DNA of 63,751 bases, the filler included, from an uncultured bacterium (GTDB lineage: Bacteria; DYJV01): NCBI GenBank assembly GCA_964543655.1. It is 4 parts of 4 records of this genome, joined end to end, with 100 filler letters (N's around TTAATTAATTAA, not from the genome) between each part and the next. Parts side by side here need not be neighbours in the genome. Positions count along the whole stretch, not along the records: positions 1 to 21,079 come from CAZIZE010000038.1; 3 more parts are not named here. One strand, written 5' to 3'. Of this stretch, positions 9,031 to 20,283 are shown piece by piece. Positions within the stretch are counted from its first letter, which is position 1. Each line of letters begins with the position of its first letter. The position numbers and the translations under genes were made by a program. The notes beneath the pieces were generated by a model. That model had not been told where the DNA came from, did not search any database, and worked only from the letters and a program-made list of their open reading frames with translations.

Positions 9031-10125
9031 ATGTATAATTTTATGAATTTAATACCATCACCAGATGTTTCTCCAATACCAAGCCCTCCAGAGTTATTCA
9101 TATTTTTTATAGTTTTTACATTTTTTGTTCATATATTATTTATGAATTTAACTCTTGGTGGGAGTATTTTATTTGTAATTGCTAAATTTTTTTCTAAAAA
9201 AGAGGAAACCAAAGCAATAGCAAAGGAGATAGGTTCTGTTAATACCTTTAATATATCTCTTACAATAACCACAGGGATAGCCCCTCTTCTCTTTTATCAG
9301 GTGGTTTATGGACAATTTTTCTATTCTTCTTCTATCCTCCTTGGGTGGAAATGGTTGTTTGTTCTTGTAGCAATTACAGTTGCCTATTATTTCTATTACC
9401 TTTATAAAATGAAGCCAGGTTATTTAAAAGATGGTAATGACAGAGGTGCTGGTTTTGTTGTGGTTTCTGCTATACTTTTTATATATGTTGCATTAATGCT
9501 CACTACAAATACAGTTTTATCAATGTCTCCTGATAAATGGCTTGATATATATTTAAAGAAATCATCTGCATTTGCAATAACTACGGTTATTCCAAGGGTA
9601 TTGCATTTCATCTTTGCTGCTATTGCTTTTAGTGGTGTTTTTTTAATGGCATATCCAAAGTTTAAGAAAAGCCTTGATGAAAACGTGAAAAAAGAGATGT
9701 ACAATTTTGGAAAAAATTCTTTTGTTTATGCTACTATGATTCAGATTCCAGTTGGAATCTTATTCTTGTTTACGCTTAAATCAAGGGCAATGGGAATGGT
9801 GCTTGGTGGTAACATGATAGCATTAATATGCTGGGTTGTAGGAATTTTAGCTGCTTTTTATGGTGTGTCAAAAGTTTTTTCAAAAAAAGAGACAGTTACA
9901 GGATTATCAATATTACTTTTAATATCTGTTGCATGTATGGTAATTGTTAGAAGAGTTGTTGAATATGGATATTGGAGCAAATATTTTGATTATTCAAGTT
10001 TAAAAGTTGCTCCACAGTGGGATGTGTTTATCCTATTTGCATTGTTATTTGTTGCTCTTCTTGTGGTGCTTTTTTATACACTTAAAAGAAATGCAAAGGA
10101 ACTTTCAGAGTTTAAAAGTAATTAG
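9031..10125 (+). CDS. Second CydA-like polytopic membrane subunit
   Basis: FFVHILFMN and PRVLHFIFAA His-bearing helices resemble CydA heme-ligand helices; about nine TM segments; 14 nt after the previous gene. Confidence 0.6.
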   Translation: MYNFMNLIPSPDVSPIPSPPELFIFFIVFTFFVHILFMNLTLGGSILFVIAKFFSKKEETKAIAKEIGSVNTFNISLTITTGIAPLLFYQVVYGQFFYSSSILLGWKWLFVLVAITVAYYFYYLYKMKPGYLKDGNDRGAGFVVVSAILFIYVALMLTTNTVLSMSPDKWLDIYLKKSSAFAITTVIPRVLHFIFAAIAFSGVFLMAYPKFKKSLDENVKKEMYNFGKNSFVYATMIQIPVGILFLFTLKSRAMGMVLGGNMIALICWVVGILAAFYGVSKVFSKKETVTGLSILLLISVACMVIVRRVVEYGYWSKYFDYSSLKVAPQWDVFILFALLFVALLVVLFYTLKRNAKELSEFKSN

Positions 10126-10136
10126 ATGGAGGATGG

Positions 10137-11507
10137 ATGTTTTTTCAACAATTTAAAGTGGAAGGTTTAGGATGTCTATCTTATCTAATTGGATGTCCTG
10201 CAAATGGAACAGCAGTAGTTGTTGACCCAAAAAGAGATTATGAAGATTATATTGAAGTAGCTGAGAAAAATGGAATGAAAATTACAGCAATTATAGATAC
10301 TCATGTTCATGCTGACCATGTTTCAGGAGCTCTTGAATTGTCAAAAAGAACAGGTGCGACAATTTATACAGGTGCTGACCCAGAAATAGAGTATGAACAT
10401 TCTGTGTTAAAAGAGGGCGATAAATTGCAATTTGGGAATGCTCTTATTGAAGTTATTGAGACACCAGGACACACACCTTATTCTATATCTCTTCTAATAA
10501 AAGATATTGCAAGGGGAGAGGCTCCTGCAATGGTTTTAACAGGCGACCTGTTATTTGTTGGCAGTATTGGGCGACCTGATCTTGCAGGGAAAGAGTTAAT
10601 TGATGAGCAGATTGAAAATTTATACAATAGTCTTTACAATAAAATTTTAAAACTTCCAGATTTTTTAGAAGTTTATCCATCTCATGGAGAAGGTTCTTTG
10701 TGTGGAGCTGCTATAAGCTCCAAACCTTCTTCTACAATTGGGTATGAAAAAGCATCAAATAATATATTAAATCTTTCATTTGAGGATTTTAAAAGAGAGG
10801 TAATTAAAAATTTTCCCCATAGACCTAAAAATTTTTCGTATATTATTATGTCAAATAAAAAGGGAGTCGCTTATATTAGTGATTTACCAAAACTTAAGCA
10901 TTTTTATATTTCTGAAATTAAAGATTTTTTAAAAGAAAAAGGGGTGATTGTTGATTTAAGAGATGCAATAAGTTTTGGTGCTGCACATATAAAAGGAAGT
11001 TACAGCATAGGCCTTTCTCCCTATTCAGCAACCATGCTTGGAACAGTTCTTGACCCAGAGAATAAGATTTTATTATTAGGAAATAGTTTAGATGATGTGG
11101 AATATGCAGTTACAAGTTTTAGAAGAGTAGGGTATGATAATATTGTTGGATATATCATAGGAATTAACTCATGGATATTAAGTGGTGAAGATACAGGATT
11201 TTTACCACAAATATCTATTCATTCTTTAAAGCATGTACTTGAAAAATATGAGAACCATAATGTTATAGATGTAAGAACTTTATCAGAATGGGAATCAGGT
11301 CATATAGATGGAGCAGTTCATATTCCATTACAAAAGTTTTTTGAGGAAGATATTAATTTTTCGCAGAATGAGCATATTAGTTTAATATGTGGTACAGGAT
11401 ACAGATCTAATATAGCAGGTTCTATTCTGAAATCAAAAGGTTACAAAAATGTATACAGTGTTATAGGAGGAATGACTGCCTGGTCAAAAAGGTTTTCAGT
11501 TAGGTAG
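10137..11507 (+). CDS. MBL-fold persulfide dioxygenase-like hydrolase with tandem rhodanese domains
   Basis: THVHADH, TPGHT, TGDLLFVG.IGRPDL, YPSHG; C-terminal rhodanese with CGTGYRS. Confidence 0.88.
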   Translation: MFFQQFKVEGLGCLSYLIGCPANGTAVVVDPKRDYEDYIEVAEKNGMKITAIIDTHVHADHVSGALELSKRTGATIYTGADPEIEYEHSVLKEGDKLQFGNALIEVIETPGHTPYSISLLIKDIARGEAPAMVLTGDLLFVGSIGRPDLAGKELIDEQIENLYNSLYNKILKLPDFLEVYPSHGEGSLCGAAISSKPSSTIGYEKASNNILNLSFEDFKREVIKNFPHRPKNFSYIIMSNKKGVAYISDLPKLKHFYISEIKDFLKEKGVIVDLRDAISFGAAHIKGSYSIGLSPYSATMLGTVLDPENKILLLGNSLDDVEYAVTSFRRVGYDNIVGYIIGINSWILSGEDTGFLPQISIHSLKHVLEKYENHNVIDVRTLSEWESGHIDGAVHIPLQKFFEEDINFSQNEHISLICGTGYRSNIAGSILKSKGYKNVYSVIGGMTAWSKRFSVR

Positions 11508-11682
11508 AATAAATAAAAACTTTACTATATACTCCCATAATCAATATTTAATCTAAGTAAAAATGTTGTTTCTTCTGATTAATGTTGTTTCAGTAGAGAG
11601 TTATATTTAAAATCCCACCTAATATTTCTAAAATTTTTCATTATAACCTTGACTTTTAAGCATTTAAAATTTAAAAAAGAAT

Positions 11683-14349
11683 ATGAGAAAAATTATTAAT
11701 TTTTCTTTATTTTTAATAATTTTAATAGCTAATACTATTTTGCCCACACACATTTTTGCAGAAAGTAAAAATATTCTTATTTTAAACTCCTATCATCAAA
11801 CTCTTGCATGGACAGATTCTTTGGTGGATAATATAATTAGAAAGTTGCATGATGTAAATTATTTTATTGAATATATGGATACTAAAAGATTCCAAAGAGA
11901 TAAAATGTTTAAAATTTTTAAGAATTACATAAAATATAAATATTGTAATTTAAAATTAGACCTTATTATTGTTACAGATAATAATGCTTTAATGTTTGTT
12001 GTTTCAAATAAAAATGAGCTTTTTAAAAATATTCCTGTACTATTTTGTGGAATAAATAATTTTTCAAAAAGATTATTAAAAGGCCATAATGATATTACAG
12101 GAGTTGTTGAGGATGTTGATATAAAGGGGACAATTAATGCAATTTTAAAAATAGAACCAGAAGTAAAAAATATCATAGCATTGATGGGTGCTAATTTTAC
12201 ATCTCAAATCTATTTTTATAAAGTTGTAAGGTTGCAATATGAATACAGAGATAAGGTCAATATTATTATTTTTAATGGATTGTTTTTTTCAAAAGATGAT
12301 TATACCAATGAATTGAGAAACATTCCTCCAAATAGTGTTATTTTATATCTAAATCTCTTTAAGCTCAGGGATGGAACAATTTTTAGTATTAAAGATAGTA
12401 TTAATTACATTTTTAAAAATAGTAGAAAGCCTATTTATGTGATGTGGGATGTTATGATGAATTTTCCTGGTGTTATAGGTGGAAAAATTACATCCAGTAG
12501 GTTGCAGGCACTTTATGTTGTAAATTATGCAAAAAAAATTTTATATGAAAATATACCTGTGGAAAGTTTACCAGTAATTACAAAATCTCCTTCAGAATAT
12601 ATTTTTGACTATAACGAGCTAAAAAAATTTAATATTAATTTTGCAAATCTTCCAAAGCCATACAAGTTGATAAATAAACCACCAAAAATTTTACAAAAAT
12701 TAGAAAAGAAGGAGAAGGTATTATTTTACCTTGAGATTTTTCTATTAATATTAGGTGTTTTAATTTTAGTATTGATTTATAATATCAGGAAAAGAAAAAT
12801 AGTAGAAGAAGAGCTGGAAAGTGATAATTTACAATTTTTAACATTATTAAATGGTACCAATGATTTAATCATATTAATGTCTCCAGAAGGTAAATGGGTC
12901 TATGCCAATAAAAAAGCTGTGGAATTTTTTAATATTCAAAATTTTGATTACAAAGGGAAAACAGCAGAAGAAATTCTTAAATTTACACCATTTAAAAATG
13001 ATATTTTAGCAAAGTATGTTAAAGATGAAGTGGTCTGGGAAAAAGGAAAGCCTAAGAGATATGAATTGAAGTTAAATAAAAATGCTGGAGAAGTAATATA
13101 TATTGACGTTATTAAAATACCTGTATTTAACAAAGATGGTTCAAGACGTTGTATTATTGTAAGTGGTAGAGATATTACTGATTTTAAAAAAATGCAGGAA
13201 AATCTCATTATTTCTCAAAAGATGGATATTGTAGGGAAGTTAGCAGGTGGGATTGCTCATGACTTTAATAATATTTTAACTGTGATTACAACTAATGCAG
13301 AGTTATGCTCTCTACTAATTAAAGAATCAAGATTGAAAAAATATATAAAAAATATTGTTTCAGCATCTGAAAAAGCTTCAAATCTCATTAGACATCTTCT
13401 TGCTCTTGGAAAGCAGGACATGGGAAGTAAAGATATTATAGAGGTAAATAATTCAATTGAATCAATAATTAAAATTTTAAAACCATCAATTCCTGAAAAT
13501 ATTAAATTTATTTATGAGCCTTATTATGAATCTATTAATATCAATGCTGATATTGTCCAGATTGAGCAGATAATTACAAATCTTGTGTTCAATGCAAAGG
13601 ATAGTGTGATAGAGAAAGATGGGAAAGAAAAAATTATCAGAGTATCAATAGAAAAAGTCTTTATTGACAATAATTTTTTAAAAAATGAAAAAAAAGATTT
13701 AGAGGAGGGAGAATATGCTCTTATTTCTGTGGAAGATAGTGGCACAGGTATTGACCAAAAAATAATTGATAAAATTTTTGATCCATTTTTTACAACTAAA
13801 AAGGGAAATAAAGGTACAGGTATTGGATTAACAACAGTTTTTAATCTCGTTGAGAGTAATAATGGTTTTTTAAAAGTGGAATCTCAAAAGAATAAAGGTT
13901 CAATTTTTAAAATTTATTTTCCCTCTGTAATTAGAAAAGATTTTCCGAAGCTTGAGATGGAAGAGTCGCACTCTATAAAAGTTGAAAAGATGAATTACAA
14001 TGTATTATTTGTAGAAGACAATATTGATATTTTAAATGCATTAGATAAAAGTTTTATAAATATTTTTAGAAAATTTATAATAGCAACAAATGGCGAGGAT
14101 GCTTTAAAAAAGGTAAAGGGTATAGAGGAAACAATTGATATTTTAATTACAGATATTGTAATGCCAGAAATGGATGGCATTGAGCTTGCAAAAAGGTTAA
14201 AAAGCATAAATAAAGAGCTATTTGTTATATTTGTTTCAGGTTATGATAGTGGAAAATTAAAAGGAAATATCGGATTTTCTTATAAGTTTCTTTATAAACC
14301 TTATAAGTTCGAAACTTTACTTAATATTATTACAAAACAGTTTAAATAA
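11683..14349 (+). CDS. Hybrid sensor histidine kinase (periplasmic binding-like domain, PAS, HisKA, HATPase, receiver)
   Basis: ILNSYH N-domain; AGGIAHDFNNIL H-box; FDPFFTTK...GTGIGL; LITDIVMP receiver. Confidence 0.92.
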   Translation: MRKIINFSLFLIILIANTILPTHIFAESKNILILNSYHQTLAWTDSLVDNIIRKLHDVNYFIEYMDTKRFQRDKMFKIFKNYIKYKYCNLKLDLIIVTDNNALMFVVSNKNELFKNIPVLFCGINNFSKRLLKGHNDITGVVEDVDIKGTINAILKIEPEVKNIIALMGANFTSQIYFYKVVRLQYEYRDKVNIIIFNGLFFSKDDYTNELRNIPPNSVILYLNLFKLRDGTIFSIKDSINYIFKNSRKPIYVMWDVMMNFPGVIGGKITSSRLQALYVVNYAKKILYENIPVESLPVITKSPSEYIFDYNELKKFNINFANLPKPYKLINKPPKILQKLEKKEKVLFYLEIFLLILGVLILVLIYNIRKRKIVEEELESDNLQFLTLLNGTNDLIILMSPEGKWVYANKKAVEFFNIQNFDYKGKTAEEILKFTPFKNDILAKYVKDEVVWEKGKPKRYELKLNKNAGEVIYIDVIKIPVFNKDGSRRCIIVSGRDITDFKKMQENLIISQKMDIVGKLAGGIAHDFNNILTVITTNAELCSLLIKESRLKKYIKNIVSASEKASNLIRHLLALGKQDMGSKDIIEVNNSIESIIKILKPSIPENIKFIYEPYYESININADIVQIEQIITNLVFNAKDSVIEKDGKEKIIRVSIEKVFIDNNFLKNEKKDLEEGEYALISVEDSGTGIDQKIIDKIFDPFFTTKKGNKGTGIGLTTVFNLVESNNGFLKVESQKNKGSIFKIYFPSVIRKDFPKLEMEESHSIKVEKMNYNVLFVEDNIDILNALDKSFINIFRKFIIATNGEDALKKVKGIEETIDILITDIVMPEMDGIELAKRLKSINKELFVIFVSGYDSGKLKGNIGFSYKFLYKPYKFETLLNIITKQFK

Positions 14350-14462
14350 CCAATTGAACATCACCAATGTTTTTCATGATTCCTCTGCAAATAAGAAGAA
14401 TTGACAAAAATTTAAGTGTGATTAATTTATAAAAAGAAATAAAAAACAATATAGAGAGTGGA

Positions 14463-15365
14463 GTGAAAATGGCAAAGAGAGATTATTATGAGGTATTAGG
14501 AATAGATAAAAACGCAACTCAAGATGAAATTAAAAAAGCATACAGGAAACTTGCAAGAAAGTATCATCCTGATGTTAATCCAGGAGATAAAGTAGCAGAA
14601 GAAAAATTCAAAGAGATTTCTGAAGCTTATGAGGTTTTGAGTGATCCTGAGAAAAGAAAGCAGTATGACCAGTTTGGAACATTTGATTTTGGTGAAGGTG
14701 GTTTTGGCGGTTTTGGTGGCTTTGATTTTAATGGTGGTTCTGGTGGAGGAAAATATTATAAAACCTATACCTATAGTGGTGGTGATTTTTCAAAAATTTT
14801 TGAAGACCTTTTTGGAAAATCTTATTCAAAATCTTCATCTTATGATTTTGATTTTGGAGGAGGTTTTGCTCAAAAAGGTGATGATATAGAGGCAGAGATA
14901 GAAGTTTCTTTTGATGAAGCTGTTAAAGGTGGAGAAAAATATATTAATGTTGGTGGTAAAACTTTAAAAGTGAAAATTCCTGCTGGTGTTGACAATGGCT
15001 CAAAAATCAGGTTGGCAGGTAAAGGTTATCCTGGGATGGGGAATGCTCCAAATGGTGACCTAATATTAAAAATCAAAGTAAGAGAGCATCCTGATTATAT
15101 TAGGAAAGGAGATGATCTATATAAAAAGGTTCCAATTACTCTTAAACAGGCTATACTTGGTGGAGAAATTGAGACAGATACACCAAATGGTAAAATAAAA
15201 ATTAAAATACCACCAAAAACAAGTAGTGGAAAAAAATTTAGAGTTAAAGGTAAAGGAGTTAAAAATTTAAAAAATAGCAAAGTAGGTGATTTGTATATAG
15301 AAACATATATAACTTTACCAGAGTATATACCAGCAGAGCTTAAAGAAGCTGTTAAAAAACTTTAA
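14463..15365 (+). CDS. cbpA: DnaJ-class chaperone CbpA
   Basis: J-domain HPD, G/F-rich region, no zinc finger, followed by cbpM-like gene. Confidence 0.85.
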   Translation: MKMAKRDYYEVLGIDKNATQDEIKKAYRKLARKYHPDVNPGDKVAEEKFKEISEAYEVLSDPEKRKQYDQFGTFDFGEGGFGGFGGFDFNGGSGGGKYYKTYTYSGGDFSKIFEDLFGKSYSKSSSYDFDFGGGFAQKGDDIEAEIEVSFDEAVKGGEKYINVGGKTLKVKIPAGVDNGSKIRLAGKGYPGMGNAPNGDLILKIKVREHPDYIRKGDDLYKKVPITLKQAILGGEIETDTPNGKIKIKIPPKTSSGKKFRVKGKGVKNLKNSKVGDLYIETYITLPEYIPAELKEAVKKL

Positions 15366-15385
15366 AAAAGTTTAGGGGTAGATAA

Positions 15386-15727
15386 ATGGCAAAAAAGGTA
15401 TATTATTTAAAGCAGGTTCTTGAAAAGATTCCATTTTCTGAAAATGAGATAAATTTATTTCATGAAGAGGGACTTGTTGAAATAGTTGAAGAGGATAATG
15501 AGAAGTTTATACAGGAAGATGATATTGAGCGACTTGAAGTAATCAGACGGTTACGAGATGAGTTAGGGGTAAACCTTGAAGGTATAGATGTTATTTTGCA
15601 TATGAGAAATAGAATAATTTCCATGCAGAAAGATTTTTATGAATTTGTTGAGCAGATTAAAAAAGAAATTGAGCAGATAAAGGCACCTCTGAAAATAAAA
15701 GACAAAGATGATATAATGCCAATGTAA
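15386..15727 (+). CDS. cbpM: Chaperone modulator CbpM (MerR-like HTH)
   Basis: RL..IRRLRDELGVNLEGIDVILHM motif; downstream of cbpA. Confidence 0.8.
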   Translation: MAKKVYYLKQVLEKIPFSENEINLFHEEGLVEIVEEDNEKFIQEDDIERLEVIRRLRDELGVNLEGIDVILHMRNRIISMQKDFYEFVEQIKKEIEQIKAPLKIKDKDDIMPM

Positions 15728-17874
15728 TGTTTTTTCTATATTTCACAATTGCTTTTATTTCAGGTGTCCTGTTCTGGGACAACCTGTTATACTCCTTCCT
15801 TTTAATTATCCCTTTAATAAAAATCAAGAAGAAATATGTTGTAATTTTTCTATTTTTAGCTGGATTTTTACAGGGATTATATTTTTACTATCCATATATT
15901 AAGCTTGGAAGGTTCATTAATAAAAAGAGAGTTTTAATTTATGGAAAAATAGTTGAGGTAAAAGGTAGTAGTATAATATTGGATGCAGAGAGAGTAGAGA
16001 CAGTTTCACGGAAAGTTGTTTTAAATAAGAGGGTTAAAGTAAAGGTTTTTTTCTTTAAAAAAAGTTTGAGAAAAATTTTAAAAAAAGGAGAAATAGTTAA
16101 AATTTGTACAAAGATAGAAATTCCAAGGCATTTAAATCCTGGAACTTTTAATTTTGCAAATTATTACAAAAGTAAAGGTATTAAATTTTTAGCTTTTCTC
16201 CATAATAAAAAAGATATTTTCTACATAAAAAAGGGGAAAATTAGAATAAACTTTGTTCAAAAGTATAGAAAAATGGTTGAGCATTTTATTTTAAAGGCTC
16301 ATATTAACAATAACATAAAATCAATGATTATAGCCCTAACCACAGGAAATAAATCTTATATGGAGGAAAAAACAAAAAGACTCTTAATTTATAATGGAAT
16401 TTCCCATCTTTTTTCAATATCAGGTCTTCATGTAGGTATATTTTTTCTCTGCTTCATAATTTTATTCAGGATTATTTTTTTTAAAATAAATAATTATTAT
16501 CTGCCGTTTCTTTTATCAATGCCATTTATAGTTTTTTATATACTTTTTACAGGAGCCCATTATCCAGCAATAAGAGCGGGGCTGATAATTGTGGCATTAG
16601 TTTTAACTATTTTTATAAAGAGATATAAAGAACCTTACAGAATTTTATTTTTCATACTATTTTTAATAGTAGCTTTTTCTCCTTTTTCTTTTTACAATCT
16701 ATCATTGCAATTTTCATTTATTGTTGTTTTTGCATTAATTTTTTATATGCAAAATAAAACATATGATAATAGGTTGTTAGAGTTTTTTTCAGTGATAATT
16801 ATAGCGTTTTTCTCTGGCATTCCTCTTTCAATTTACCATTTTTCTGCTATATATCCAAAAGCTTTAATTGCCAATATTTTTGCAGTTCCATTTTTTACTA
16901 TTTTGATAATTCCAATAAGTGTATTTTTAATATTTTTTTGTATGGTTCCAATGTTAAACAAATTACTATTAACAATTCTATCTTATTTTTTAATATTTTT
17001 TGAAAAAATATTAATTTGCCTACCTGAAATAAGCAGAATTTTTATTCATAGCCCAGATTTTTTTGAGTTAATTTGTTGGTATATGATTATATTTTTAATT
17101 ATTTTCATAATAGCCCGGGGAAAAGAGCTGGATTTTAAAAAATTTCTTAAAATAGCAATTTTGATTTTAATTATCTCTTTGCTTTCCTTTCTTGAAAGAT
17201 ATAAAACCATAAATAGTAGAATTGCAGGAGTAATTGACAATAGAGGTCATTATACTGTTTTCATTAAAGATAAATTTAATTACTTATTATATTCCAATCC
17301 TAAAATTAACAATTTTAGATATAAAGTTTTGCCTGTGTTGTTAAAATTTGGAATAGATAAAATAGATTATATGGTTATCCCTGCAAATATTAGAGGTGAG
17401 TTGATAAAAATTGATAATTTAAGTAGATTATTGGCAATTAAAAATATTATAGCTAATGATAGCAGAGTTTGCAAATATTTATTAAATGGTCAGAAATGTT
17501 ATGGTGTGAAAGAAAGGGATAAAGTTGGTAATATGGATGTGTTATTTCCTCCTAATGATAGGTATTATTTGTTAAGTTTTAAAAATTCTTCTCTGATGTT
17601 GAGATTAAGAAAAATTTCTTTTTGCTATTATTTAACAAAAGATATATATGAGTATCTACATTATAAAAAAATTTCTTTTGGAAATATGCTTATTACTTAC
17701 AGAAGCAATGTTAATAAGATTATGGTGAAGCAGGTAAATATTTTTAAAAAGAGGAGAGGTTTTTTTAAAGTTTCTTTACAAAATTTAAGTTTGGAAAATT
17801 TTGTTGAATCAGAAAATAAATATTCACTAATACATTTAATTATAAAACATTATGAAAATAATTCATCTTATTAG
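15727..17874 (+). CDS. comEC: ComEC/Rec2 family competence protein
   Basis: NPGTFNF.NY, GISHLFSISGLHVG, AIRAG, SLQFSF motifs. Confidence 0.85.
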   Translation: MFFLYFTIAFISGVLFWDNLLYSFLLIIPLIKIKKKYVVIFLFLAGFLQGLYFYYPYIKLGRFINKKRVLIYGKIVEVKGSSIILDAERVETVSRKVVLNKRVKVKVFFFKKSLRKILKKGEIVKICTKIEIPRHLNPGTFNFANYYKSKGIKFLAFLHNKKDIFYIKKGKIRINFVQKYRKMVEHFILKAHINNNIKSMIIALTTGNKSYMEEKTKRLLIYNGISHLFSISGLHVGIFFLCFIILFRIIFFKINNYYLPFLLSMPFIVFYILFTGAHYPAIRAGLIIVALVLTIFIKRYKEPYRILFFILFLIVAFSPFSFYNLSLQFSFIVVFALIFYMQNKTYDNRLLEFFSVIIIAFFSGIPLSIYHFSAIYPKALIANIFAVPFFTILIIPISVFLIFFCMVPMLNKLLLTILSYFLIFFEKILICLPEISRIFIHSPDFFELICWYMIIFLIIFIIARGKELDFKKFLKIAILILIISLLSFLERYKTINSRIAGVIDNRGHYTVFIKDKFNYLLYSNPKINNFRYKVLPVLLKFGIDKIDYMVIPANIRGELIKIDNLSRLLAIKNIIANDSRVCKYLLNGQKCYGVKERDKVGNMDVLFPPNDRYYLLSFKNSSLMLRLRKISFCYYLTKDIYEYLHYKKISFGNMLITYRSNVNKIMVKQVNIFKKRRGFFKVSLQNLSLENFVESENKYSLIHLIIKHYENNSSY

Positions 17875-18979
17875 TTTACATCAATGGACAGGACCTGCTG
17901 AATATGTTGTAAAAGTAGCAAAGTTTTTAAAATCTAAAAAAGAGCAGGTTATTATTGGTTTTAGAAATTTTTACAAAGGTGAATTTAAAAATAGGTTGAT
18001 CAAGCAAGGTATTGATTTTACAGAGTGTTTGAGCTTTCCAAGAGGTTTTAAACCAACAATGATGATTAAAGATTTTACTAATCTTACCAAAATAATTGAG
18101 ACTTTTTCTCCAGATATAGTGCATTGTCATAATTCCATTGAAAATATCTATTCTTCATTAATAAAAATAAGAAGGAAAAATTTTATACTTGTTAGGAGTA
18201 TTCATAATAGCAAATATTTAACGAAAAAGCCTTTTGCTAAAATACTTTTCAATAGCAATGATTATTTATTAACCAATTGTAATTATTTTAAAAGAGAAAT
18301 GATTGAAAAATTTAATTTACCTGAAAACAAAATTGATGTAATAAAAGGATTTGTTGATTTAAAAAAGTTTAAACCAGAAGGGAATAAAGATTTTCTTGAA
18401 AAAAATTACAAAATCAAAAATAGTGTAAATATTGGAATGGTTGCAAGATTTCAACCTCATAGAGGGCACAAATATTTAATAGATGCTTTTATTAAACTTG
18501 CTAAAAAATTTGAAAATATAAGATTGATTTTAACAGGTAGAGGAGAAAGCCTTATTCCATTAAAAGAGTATGTTAAAAATTTAAATTTATCAGATAGAAT
18601 AATTTTTACAGGCTATATTGGTGAAGATTTGCCTGAGCTTTTAAGAAGTCTTGATATTTTTGTGTTGTTGCAGGAAGGGAGTGATGGTACCTGTAGAGCT
18701 GTTCTTGAAGCAATGGCAACAGGGCTACCAATTATCACAGTAAAAAGAGGTGCATTAAAAGAGACCATTGTTGAAGAGGAAAATGGTTTTTTTATATCAG
18801 ATAAAAGAGATGTACAGCAACTTGTTCATAAATTACAGTTACTAATTGAAAGTCACGAAATTAGAGAGCGTATGGGAAGATTGAGCAGGATTTTTGCTGA
18901 AAATGATTTTTCCGAAGATAAGCAATTAGAAAAATATTACAAATTTTACAGGCGTATTTTAAATGAAAGAGATTTTTAA
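17852..18979 (+). CDS. Glycosyltransferase family 4
   Basis: PDIVHCH, VARF..HRGH, VLEAMATGLPII GT-B motifs. Confidence 0.88.
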   Translation: MKIIHLISLHQWTGPAEYVVKVAKFLKSKKEQVIIGFRNFYKGEFKNRLIKQGIDFTECLSFPRGFKPTMMIKDFTNLTKIIETFSPDIVHCHNSIENIYSSLIKIRRKNFILVRSIHNSKYLTKKPFAKILFNSNDYLLTNCNYFKREMIEKFNLPENKIDVIKGFVDLKKFKPEGNKDFLEKNYKIKNSVNIGMVARFQPHRGHKYLIDAFIKLAKKFENIRLILTGRGESLIPLKEYVKNLNLSDRIIFTGYIGEDLPELLRSLDIFVLLQEGSDGTCRAVLEAMATGLPIITVKRGALKETIVEEENGFFISDKRDVQQLVHKLQLLIESHEIRERMGRLSRIFAENDFSEDKQLEKYYKFYRRILNERDF

Positions 18980-20279
18980 AAAAATTTCACCAGAGCTGAT
19001 TCTTTTATTTAGTTTTTTATTAGCGATTTTTATTGGAGCAATTTTACTAAAGTTACCTTTTGCCACACCTCATGGCATCAAATTTATTGATGCACTTTTT
19101 ACATCAACATCAGCTGTTTGTGTTACAGGACTTATTGTTGTTGACACAGGTAAAGATTTTACTTTTTGGGGCCAATTGATTATTCTTTTTCTAATACAGA
19201 TTGGTGGACTTGGAATAATGACTTTTTCAGTATTTTTCTTAATTTTTTTAAAAGAGAAAATACCTCTTAATGCAAAAGTTGCAATTGCGTCTACATTGTC
19301 AAAAGATTTTTTTGACTTAAAAAAGTTGATTTTAAATATATTTGTTGTTACATTAATAGTGGAGCTTTCAGGTGCTCTAATGCTTTTTGTTTATTTTTAC
19401 AATAACCAATTTGATTTTTTAAAATCGTTGTTTTACGCATTATTTCATTCTATTTCTGCATTTTGTAATGCAGGCTTTGCTCTTTTTTCAAATAATCTTG
19501 TTGATTATCAGAGTAGCTGGTACGTTAATTTAATTATTATGTTTCTAATAGTAGCTGGTGGAATAGGTTTTACTGTATACCTTGACATTAAGAATAAAAG
19601 ATTATCTTTGCATTCAAAAATAGTTTTATCTGTTACAGGGTGTCTGATATTTATTGGTGCTTTACTAATATTTTTACTGGAATATCAGAATGCACTTAAA
19701 GGATTGCCATTTAATATTAAAGTGCTTGCGTCTCTTTTTCAATCAGTTACTCCAAGAACAGCAGGTTTTAACACATTAGACTTGACAAAGTTTAAAGATG
19801 TAACAATAGTAATAATAATGTTGTTAATGTTTATAGGAGCCTCTCCAGGTTCATGTGGTGGAGGTGTTAAAACTACGACTTTTATTATTTTTATTATGAC
19901 AATTTTTTCTACAGCAAAAGGAAAAGATTATATTACAATTTTTAAAAGGACAATTTCAAAAGAAGTTATTTTTAAAAGTTTTGCAATTATTTTAATTGCA
20001 ATAACTTTCTTATTATTGGGAATAATAGGCTTGAGCCTCTGTGATAATACCCCAATGGATAGAGGTGATTTCTTATCCTACACATTTGAGGCATTTTCAG
20101 CAATAGGTACTGTTGGGCTATCATTGGGATACACACAAAAGCTAACAGTTGTTGGAAAAGTGATAATAATCCTTTTAATGTTTCTTGGAAGAGTTGGACC
20201 ATTGACATTGGTGCTTGCTCTTAGAGGTAAGAAGAGAGTTAATTTAAAATTTGCAGAAGAAAATATTATGATAGGATAA
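18963..20279 (+). CDS. ktrB: Trk/Ktr potassium uptake membrane subunit (KtrB/TrkH)
   Basis: SAVCVTGL, SAFCNAGF, PRTAGF, SAIGTVGLS pore-loop motifs. Confidence 0.9.
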   Translation: MKEIFKKISPELILLFSFLLAIFIGAILLKLPFATPHGIKFIDALFTSTSAVCVTGLIVVDTGKDFTFWGQLIILFLIQIGGLGIMTFSVFFLIFLKEKIPLNAKVAIASTLSKDFFDLKKLILNIFVVTLIVELSGALMLFVYFYNNQFDFLKSLFYALFHSISAFCNAGFALFSNNLVDYQSSWYVNLIIMFLIVAGGIGFTVYLDIKNKRLSLHSKIVLSVTGCLIFIGALLIFLLEYQNALKGLPFNIKVLASLFQSVTPRTAGFNTLDLTKFKDVTIVIIMLLMFIGASPGSCGGGVKTTTFIIFIMTIFSTAKGKDYITIFKRTISKEVIFKSFAIILIAITFLLLGIIGLSLCDNTPMDRGDFLSYTFEAFSAIGTVGLSLGYTQKLTVVGKVIIILLMFLGRVGPLTLVLALRGKKRVNLKFAEENIMIG

Positions 20280-20283
20280 TAAA

